Positions 53,010-64,000 of a DNA stretch of 64,000 bases are shown one piece after another (positions within the stretch are counted from its first letter, which is position 1; each line of letters starts with the position of its first letter). The notes under the pieces were generated by a model. The model made no database searches. It was not told the DNA's origin and saw only the letters and a list, made by a program, of their open reading frames with translations. The position numbers were made by a program, and so were the translations under genes. Origin of the DNA: the human T2T-CHM13v2.0 reference genome, Homo sapiens; assembly GCF_009914755.1 (NCBI RefSeq), contig NC_060926.1, one strand, 5' to 3'.

Positions 53010-54009
53010 ACACACACACACACACATAAATATGAATGGGGAAAAAGAAATTAAAAGACAACTGAATGCCCTGTCTAGCTCAATCTCCTAAATTATCTCC
53101 ACCTATCATTGTCTTTGAGCTATTTTACAACATTGCAAGTTGTAGAAAATGTGGTAATGCAAATGATTCTTATCAGTACACAGTGAGGTTGTACCCAGTA
53201 GAATGCAATAGAATATTTTTCTATAGGTATTCACCAGCTCTGCCAGTTTTGCATCTACTTGTAAATTCATTTCATGGCATCTGTGTGTTGTGGTTTGTAT
53301 CTGGCATGTCTGTGCAGTAGTTTGAACTCTCCATTGAATAGGGTTGACATATTTAGCAAATAAAATTATGAGATGTCCAGTTATATTTGAACTTTAAACA
53401 ATTTTTAGCGTAAGTATGGTCTGATGCAGTACATGGGATGTACTTATACCGAAAAATTTTAAATTGTTTATCTGCATCTGGCAATTCTATCTTTGATTCA
53501 ATTGTGACATTATACAAGTTCCCTTATTAATAGATAAAATAAAATCTATGATATATATATTCATTTGATGTGAGTCTTGATTTTACTGTTAAAAAATGTC
53601 CATTTAACAACATGCAAGTAGTTTATTTGGAAAGCAGGGGAATAAGAAAGTGATACAGAGAAGGGAAGTCAGCTGGCAAATGCACATTTTAAATCCAGTT
53701 ACTACTGTGAGTAATGGAGGCTTGCTGTCCATGGAGAATTCCCAAGCACACCTCAGAGTTATCTCATCCATGGGTGAAGGAGGTGTGATATTTATTCACC
53801 AACTCCCATTCCAAACATTCCAGCCTAGACCTTTCTCCTGATCATAGACCATGTATCTATTGAAGGCTGCTTGGGAGAGAGAAACTTCCAGCATGCCAGC
53901 CTGTTATGACAGTGACCAAAGAACCAGCTCCAATGACATTTGAGCCAATTTGCACTAATGATATCAGGAAAAAAAAAATCTGGGCAGGCCACCAACAGCT
54001 TCAGCTGTA
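52844..54009 (-). mobile_element. LTR33-like ERVL LTR, split (52844-52889 and 53613-54009)
   Basis: tcttagtttgtgtttctcagaagcagactctcaaacaagaattc resumes as tgcaagtagtttatttgg...ccagttactactgtgagtaatggaggc and ends gggcaggccaccaacagc. Confidence 0.65.
53339..53489. mobile_element. MER53 palindromic hAT MITE
   Basis: TIRs tagggttgacatat / atctggcaattcta; central hairpin tttttagcgtaagtatggtc...gatgtacttataccgaaaaa. Confidence 0.8.
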
Positions 54010-54055
54010 TTAGGCAAATACACACATTCTTCAATATAACCAAAAATACTACCAT

Positions 54056-55256
<1,201 letters not shown>

Positions 55257-56899
55257 TAGCCACCTTCTCCATGACACCTTTGTTAATTCCCAAAAGTGAT
55301 GAACAGATCTTGCCTTTATGAGCTCATTGTCCTTCATAAAGACTACTCTAATATAATCTTTGACAGATATTACACTTATTTTTCTCAAAATGTGTATCTC
55401 CTCAAAATAGATTAAACTTCTGGAGAATAGAGATTAAGTTTTCTTAGTACATATAGCCCCAGTTCCTGGTAGGTAATCTAGAAAGTATTATTGAATAAAT
55501 GAATGAATTAATTTGCACTGATTTGAGAGAAGAGGAAAATTGAAGGAGACTTCAACAAAAAGTAATATCTAAGCAAGTCTTGAAGGATAATAAAGTGTCT
55601 ACCAAGATACGGTAGTTACTTCAGGCACAGAAATCATTATAAGCAAATAAATGAAGAGAGTGGATTTATATTTAAGAAAATGTTTGTTCTTTTCAGTAGC
55701 AAACATTTCTCATACCCTCTATATGTTGGATGCTTTTCCTCTCTTGTGCCTGAAGCATTTTAGAAGTCTAAGTTCTAAGAAAGAATGACAGAGCTTTACT
55801 GTGAGACTTTACCACAGCTTCTCCCAGAGTAAATGTAATCCAAAAGCAGCAGTAAATGTCTCATCTGAAGCAATTCAGCCTTGAGAGTTACTAACAGTGC
55901 GGTCATCCCCCTCCGAAAAGGCCATAATTACATTGTACCTCCTATGCCATTAAAATTTTCACACCACTTTTGAGGGTGCTATATATACAAACTAAATAAT
56001 TAAAGTCATTCTCTTTTGAGTCCCTTCAGGAAAGACACACACACACTCACACACACAAATATTCTTCCCTTTGATCCTGGTATAATATCAGCGTTTTCAA
56101 CAAATAAAATGGCTTGTTTTGTCAACTTAATAATGAAAGCCTGAATACTTCTGTCACTCATTCCTGGGGTTTACTTTTTTCTTATTTAAAAGCTGAGAGA
56201 TGACAAATAAAAAGAGCTGTGTCTATTGGCCAGTTAAGAAATGCAAAAATCTGTGAGTAGTTGAATCAGTATGATGACTAAGATTACTAAGTCTTGTTTT
56301 TTTACTGAAAACAATTTTGGTAAGAATAAAGAAATGTTAATTGGGGAATTTCTTAAATTAGGGAGTTTAAGATTTATAAAATACCTGAATTACACAGAGT
56401 AAAGGAAAGCCAATATATTTCTACCCCGTGATAGAGGCAATGGTGAAATTGGAGGACATTCTAGGCTTGACCAGTGAGCACACCAGGTCTTTTGATAGTC
56501 AGATTTGACCAGAGGAATAAGATAGGAAGACAAGATTTTGTGGGGTTGAAGCTCAGGAACAAAATCACAAATCAGCAATGGTCTTTAAGGGGTTAATCAT
56601 TGATCTAATGAACTTAATATCGAACTGTGACAAATCCAGTCTTGATTGAGGAAAGCATTCAAGTCCGGTGGAGAGAAATAGTGTGTTTGTGTATGAGCAT
56701 AAGTGTGTTTGCTGGTTGTAGTTAAGTTCGGATGAGAAACCACATTATGGATCCAGTAGATTCATTCATTTTAGAACTGATCTCCAGTCAGTAGACAGTG
56801 TCCAGCCTGCACGTCCAAGGGATGGGAATTATAAGTGGAGGGTTCATTTGGGGCTTTGGAAAGATCTTGGTTATTGGAGTCAAAGTGTGCTGGAATATA

Positions 56900-57095
56900 G
56901 GATCCCACTTTTCTCCCCCTATTTCTGTATGACTTTAGATGATCTTCTTATTCTCTCTCAACTTCAATTTGCTTATCTATAAAATGGAGATTCTAATAGA
57001 TTATTATATCTTATGGGATTGTTTGAGTATTAAATCACTGTGTTTGAGTATTACAGCACAGAGTTTGGAAAATTGTAAGTGTGCAATTATTGTTA
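56900..57095 (+). mobile_element. MIR
   Basis: ctgtatgactttaga...cttcaatttgcttatctataaaatggagatt...gggattgtttgagtattaaat. Confidence 0.6.
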
Positions 57096-57611
57096 TTTTT
57101 TTTCTGTTTCTCTAAATCCTAGAAAATTCAGGCAGATGAAAAATAATATTGATGTGGTCATCAAAAAAGGGAATTTTGGAAGCTATGGCTATCTGAAGTT
57201 CTCTGTAAGTGTGAACTATAATAGACCTTTAACCATTAACAGCAGGACTAATTTTATACTTGATCCACACAGAAAGTTTGGAAATGACAAAAATGTTGCC
57301 TTCCCAGGCTAGAATTACATTAGAAGCTGGGGCTGAGACTGCTGGAAAAATGGGGATGTCTTAGAAAATAAAAAATGCTTGGATCACTAGTCTTCTTCAT
57401 ATAAAATATGGAACTCATAAATAAAACAGCATTTAAAGGGTAACCAAATGGGAAAAAATATTTCCTTGTTTTATTCTTATTATTTGGGGAAAACAGTTGG
57501 ACTTAAATGGAAGTAAATTATAAAGATTTTTTACTTACTTTTTTGACAAACTGAATCAAAAGAAGACAGTCTCAAATGATTTCAAGCAAACATATACAGA
57601 GGTCCTCTTTA

Positions 57612-57952
<341 letters not shown>

Positions 57953-58639
57953 TCAGATTCTCTTTCTGGACTTACTCTTTCCACAGAAGTTCCACTGAGA
58001 CGAGCCTGTTTTATTTCCATTCATCCACTGACTAAATAAATGCAATTTCCTGGTGAGATATGCTGTGCTGCACAAATACTTGTGCTGTTCTGGGAAAGCC
58101 GAGGTGCCTATCAGAAATTTAAAAGTGGAAGGGACCACCAAAGATGCCTAAATCTTATTTCAACACTCAATCTTTCCCTCCCTTCTGTAGTCAAAATCGT
58201 TAATTTGTGTTAGTTTTATCTATTGTTAAGGAATACAAGCAATGAACAAGAGTGAATGGGAGAAGAAACACAGGAGCCATTTTACAATTCATCACGGTAA
58301 GAGTAACATCACTATGTATTAAAAATACTACGTATAGCTGTAAATTGCTCTATATTCATAAATATAATGCATGAATTATATAGTTGGAAAAACAAATAGA
58401 TGATAGATACCTAGAAATTCTCAGAGAATCAAGAGTCTCAAAATAGTAGATATACTTTATGTGCAGTAGAATAAAGCAATTTAAATAACAAAAACTTCTC
58501 ATGTATATGTGGCAATGTTAGTTTATATAAAACCAACATGAAAATTTGGTTTATTCACTACTCTTATTAAAAGTGAAATGTTTCTATTATTCAATATGAA
58601 CAATTGACAAATGCTTTATCATAGCCGAAGGGATAACTA

Positions 58640-60890
58640 CAAGCATAACCTCATTTTATTATGCTTTGTTTTATTGTGCTTTACAGTTATTGCACTTTTT
58701 ACAGATTGGAGGTTTATGTCAACTCTGCCTCAAACAAGTCTATTGGTGGCATTTTTCCAATGGCATGTGCTCATTTTGTGCCTCTGTACACCATGTTGAT
58801 AATTCTTACAATATTTCAAACTTTATTATTATTATTACCTATGTTATGGTGACCTATGAGTGATCTTGGGTGTTACTATTGCAATTGTGTTGGAGTGCCA
58901 TGAGCAATGCCCCATAAGATGGCAAACTTAATCAATAAATGTTGTGTATGCTCTGATTGCTCCGCTGACCAGCCATTCTGCCATCTCTCCCCACTCATGC
59001 CTCCCTATTTCCTGAGACAAAACAATATGGAAATTTGGCCAATTGATAACCATAAAATGACTTCAAAATGTTCATGTGAAAGGAAGAGTCACAGGTGTCT
59101 CACTTTAAATCAGAAGCTGGAAATTATTGGAGTCAGTGAGAAAGGCATGTCAAAACTGAGATCACCAGAAACTACGCCTCTTACACCAAATAGTTAGCCA
59201 AGTTGTGCATGCAAACAAAAATCTCTTGAATGAAATAAAGTGCTGCTCCAGTAAACACACAAATGAAAAAAAGCAAAACAGCCTTACTGGTGATATGGAG
59301 ACAGTTTTAGGAGTCTGGTAGACGATTACACCAGCCGCAACATTCACTTAAGCCAAAGCCTAACCCAGAGCAAGGATCTAACTCTCTTCGAGTACACGCA
59401 GGCTAAGAGAGGTGAGGAAGCTGCAGAAGAAAATTTGGAGGTATCAGAGGCTGGTTCATGAGGTTTAAGGAAAGAAGCCATCTACATTACATAAAAGTGC
59501 AAAGTGAAGCAGCAAGTGCTGATGTAGTAGCTCAGCAAGTTATCAAGAAGATCTAAGATAATTAATGAAGCTGGTTATATTAAACAACAGAATTTCAATG
59601 TAGACAAAACAGCTTTCTATTGGAAGAAGACACCATCTAGGACTTTTACAGCTAGAGAGAAGAAGTCAATGCCTGGCTTCCAAGCCTCAAAAGATGAGCA
59701 GGCTGACTCTCTTTTCAGGGGCTAAAGCAGCTGGTGACTTTAAGTTGAAGCTAATGCTCAATGCTCATAAGCCAATGCTGATGGCGATGTATGGATCAGG
59801 AGTAATTCTGTGTTTCAAGTCTTATTTAAGAAATACATTTCTTAAAGCTATAGTTGCCATGGATACCGATTCCTCTAATGGATTGAGGCAAAGTAAATTG
59901 AAAATATGAAAAGAATTCACTATTTTAGATGTCATTAAAAACTTTTATGATTTATGGGAGGAGGTCAAAAGAGCAATACTAACAGGAGTTTGGAAGTTCA
60001 TCTGAACCCTCTTGGCTGACTTTAAGGTGTTCAAGACCTCGGTGTAGGAAGTATCTACACATGTCATGAAAATAGCAAGAGAAATAGAATTAGAGCTGAA
60101 GCCTGAAGATGTGACTGAATTGCTGCAATCTCATGATAAAACTTGAACACAGGAGTTTTTTCTTTGGGATGAGCAAAGAAAGTGGTTTATTGAGATGGAA
60201 TCCACTCCTGGTGTAGCTGTTGTGAACATTGTTGAAATGACATCAAAGGATTTAGAATATCACATAAACTTGGTTGATAAAGCAGTGGCGGTGTTTGAGA
60301 GGACTGACTCCAATTTTGAAAGTTCTACTGTGCACACATTATAGAGAAATCTTTCCTGGAAGAAAGAGTCAATTAATACAGCAAATTTTATTGTTGTCTT
60401 ATTTTAAGAAATTGGCACAGACACCTCAAATTTTAGCAACCACCACTTTGATCAGTCAGCAGCCATCGTCAATGAGGCAAGACTCTCCACCACAAAAAGA
60501 TTACAATTCAACTGAAGGCTCAGAAGATTGTTAGCATTTTTAGCAATAATGTGTTTTTAAATTAAGGTTTGTATGTTGCTTTATAGACATAATGCTGTCG
60601 CACACTTAATAGCCTTTCTCACTGACTTCAATCATTTCTAGCTTTTAATTTAAAGTGAGAGACCTATAACTGTTCATTTCATATGAACACTTTGAGGCCA
60701 TTGTAGGGTTATCAATTGGCCTAATTTCAATATTGTGTGCAATATTGTGGCTACTAAGTGTACAATTATGTCTAAACAGAACCTGTTTAACACTGGGAAA
60801 ATGAAAAATTTGTGTGACTCACTTTATTGCAATATTTGTTTTATTAGGGTGGTCTGGAACTGAAACTGCAATATTTCCAAAATTTGCCTG
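58640..60890 (+). mobile_element. Tigger1 (pogo-like TcMar DNA transposon), near full length, defective transposase
   Basis: TA-flanked termini ta|caagcataacctc ... aaatttgcctg|ta. Transposase remnants [43 protein letters not shown]. Internal deletion near 59780. Confidence 0.93.
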
Positions 60891-61899
60891 TAGTCGTTTA
60901 CATATATTTCATCCCACTTCATTTTATAAAAATGTGTACTGTCAAGATTTAAGCATAACATGCAGTTTTAACAACCCATATGGATTTTAATGAGATCTGT
61001 TATTAAATGACAGCTATAGGGAATTTAATTTATAGAAATGTTAGTATCTTAAGATTACAGAGAGTTGATTTAATCAGAAAATAATTGAATTTCAGGAAAA
61101 TGGTTATATTAATCATTTAGATTAGAAAATATTTTAAATTATGTCCCAGATAATGTGGAACAGGGGAGTCTTTAGAAAATTAAAATCAATGATTTAAATT
61201 AAACCAAACAAGACATTAGATTTGCTGGTGCTCAAATCTATGTTTAAAAGACAAAATAAGGTAAATGAGAAGATATTGGCTACTCTGTCTCATTGGCTAT
61301 CTACAGTTCATTAAAAACTAAACCCAATTATTCTAAGCCATGTGAAAGGCCTAAAGAAATGTGACACAGGATGTATAGAAACTGTATTATCACTACAAAA
61401 GTGACTAGGATTAATTAAAATATGACTAATCTGTCAACGTTTGCCCTATAATATTTTTCAATTATCACTAGCCTTCATATCCTGGAATAGCTAGAACCCA
61501 TCAAAATTGATCCTCATATGAATTCTACTGCCCCACTTTCTTCCAAATTAGAGGTGTATTCTTACATGGTAAGGAGGAGAAGAAAAAGAGAAGGAGAAAG
61601 TGGAAAGACAAGAAGCAAGAAGGACTAAAAGGAGGAAGAGAAGACAAGGGAGAAAGAGAAAGCAGGGGGAAATGGAGAAAAGGGTTTTAATCATAATCCT
61701 GAAAGACACAAGTCAAAATACCATAATCCTGAATGTTTAAATCCCAAAAGATCAAAACCCCTGAAGATTTAAATCTCTGAAGTCTTAAATCTCTAACATC
61801 TAAAATCCATAAAATCACAATCACAGGAGAGTTGCATCACATTACGCAGAACTATTACCTTGTTATTGTCTTTATTTGGAATTAAGTATGGTGTAGAAA

Positions 61900-62158
61900 C
61901 ATGTGATGTTCTCACAAGTGGGAGCTAAACATTGAGTACACATGAACATAAAGATGGGGGCAATAGACACCGCAGACTACTAGAGGGGGAGGGAGGAAAG
62001 GGGGCATGGGTTGAAAAACTACCAATTGGTTACTATCCCCACTACCTGGGTGACAGGATTTGTATCCCAAACCTCAGCAACATGCAATATACCCATGTAA
62101 AAAGCCTGCACATGTACCCCCGTATCTAAAATAAAAGTTGAAATTATATTTTAAAAAA
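61900..62158 (+). mobile_element. L1PA16-like 3' end nested in Ricksha
   Basis: gttctcacaagtgggagctaaacattgagtacacatg...gggttgaaaaactacc...atctaaaataaaagttgaaa. Confidence 0.85.
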
Positions 62159-62165
62159 TGATGCA

Positions 62166-62570
62166 TATGGGTGCCAAGTTGACAAGAGGTGAACTTGTGA
62201 ACTTCATTTAGGTGTCAATTTGATTGGATTAAGGAATGCCTAGAAACCTGCCAAAGCATTATTTTGGGTGTGCCTATGAGGGTGTTTCCTGAGGAGATTA
62301 CTGTGTGAGTCAGAGTGGACTAGGTGGGGAATAGCTGCCCTCCATACTGGTGAGCACTGTCCAATCTATTGGTGGCCCAGAGAGAGCAAATACAGAAAGC
62401 AAATTGGCCTCTCTCTGAGAGCTAAGACAGACTTTTGTTCTGTGGCCTTGGACATCAGAATTCCAGGCTTACTTGGTCTTTGGATTGCAACGCTTTCACC
62501 AGCAGCTTCCTGGGGTCCTGAGGCTTTCAGGCTTGGACTGTGAATTATACCATCAGGTTCCCTGGTTCTC
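62166..62570 (+). mobile_element. ERVL polypurine-tract region and MLT2B LTR fragment inside Ricksha
   Basis: atgggtgccaagttgacaagaggtgaacttgtg...gtgtcaatttgattggattaagg...gggtgtttcctgaggagatta...ttggacatcagaattccagg. Confidence 0.8.
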
Positions 62571-63119
62571 AATGTAAAAACATTGAAAATTCCTCAATAA
62601 ACGCAGATATCCTTTTTGTACATCTTTATTTGTGAAAGATAAAATTTCTCATGATCTCAGCCCTTTGGGCAACTGCATATGCAGCACCGACTGATCTCAA
62701 AAAACTTAGATTATCTGTCACAGTATTTCAGATGACCACAGTTATAAAGCTGAGTGCACACAATTGCCAACTGTAGTGATATCCATTTATATATTTCTAT
62801 TTTTGACCTATTTATGAATACAGTTTGCTCATAACTGTTATACCCATCCTACTGTCATTAGTATACCTGTTTATGTTTGCAAAAATATGTGTGCTATCAT
62901 TGCTTATTTTATTGTGTAAGAGGCCTATGAAGTGTTTTGTCATGTTTTTATATGTTTCTCAATCAAATCCCCTTTTAAAAATACATAAACAAATGTCTTT
63001 TAAAGATTGCTTGAAGTATTTTTCCAGGATTATGTTTTTAAGATTTTGATCTTTTGGAATTTTAATGTCTGGGATTATTAGGTTTGAGATTGTACTTTTG
63101 GAGATTATAATCAGCTGTT

Positions 63120-63525
<406 letters not shown>

Positions 63526-63855
63526 ATTCAAAGTATGTGCAGCCCTACTGCAAGCTGATGGTGTTATTGGCCTCTAAAACTTCCTGTGGTTAATGTATCA
63601 AGGTTCTTTATTAGTTTAGAACAATTTCTGGATACCAGCTCCCTCACTCCACAATATATCCTCTTTTAACACTCTTGCCATTGAAAAACTTTTTTCTTAG
63701 CATGGAAACCATGACTCCACCATCATCTCCCGGTTTGTGTTCTTTTTTTTTTTTTTACTTCCACTAGCATATAGCCTTATATATGCTCCCCGGATAATGG
63801 ATATAACTGCCTAATGCATAAGAATACTCTATGTGGCCAACACATAAGAAATCTG

Positions 63856-63860
63856 TCTCT

Positions 63861-63917
<57 letters not shown>

Positions 63918-63940
63918 CGAGAGCGAGCGCGCGTGCACGA
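63856..63940. repeat. (CT)n(GT)n(GA)n compound microsatellite ending gcgagcgcgcgtgcacg
   Basis: Read directly from the sequence. Confidence 0.95.
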
Positions 63941-64000
63941 GAAAGAAGATATAACTGAGACTAAAAGATTGCAAAATTTTTAAAAATAATTTTTCAGAAT

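Larger units (their letters stand above)
61682..63118 (+). mobile_element. Ricksha (non-autonomous MULE-MuDR) carrying an ERVL/MLT2 passenger
   Basis: Long TIRs gggttttaatcataatcctgaaagacac...aaatcccaaaagatcaaaa and ttttgatcttttggaatttt...ggagattataatcagct. Approximate 9-bp TSD tggagaaaa/tagagaaag. Confidence 0.85.

Noticed and set aside
61695-61820. Short repeats (aaatccc/aaatctct) resembling a CRISPR-like or iteron array
   Set aside because: These are Ricksha subterminal repeats in eukaryotic DNA, with no constant repeat-spacer structure.

Overview
Primate (most likely human), AT-rich, repeat-dense intergenic DNA. I find no intact protein-coding gene, RNA gene or CRISPR array, and the supplied ORFs are repeat-derived, pseudogene fragments or chance. 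The gene-derived content is two convergent processed pseudogenes: a CRLF3 retrocopy (+, about 22.2-24.6 kb) and a heavily diverged ST6GALNAC2 retrocopy (-, about 31.0-32.0 kb). From memory this pair fits the ST6GALNAC2P1 region of human chr2p, which is unverified. The rest is layered transposons: L1MA/MC/MD/ME/PA fragments, about 10 Alus, L2, MIR, MLT1, LTR16, LTR33, MER54/76/77 LTRs, and the DNA transposons MER5, MER53, MER58, MER102, MER103C, Tigger1 and Ricksha. Best leads: (1) a 79-bp MER103C-like insert exactly at the CRLF3 exon1/exon2 junction, probably a fossil TE-derived poison exon of the parent gene; (2) CpG retention plus a CCAAT-type element at the old ST6GALNAC2 retrocopy, suggesting a former expressed retrogene; (3) a templated inverted duplication inside Tigger1; (4) an L1 3' end fused to an inverted 5'UTR piece; (5) a microsatellite-containing tandem duplication whose two flanks diverge unequally. 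Subfamily names come from recalled consensus sequences, not from a RepeatMasker run.
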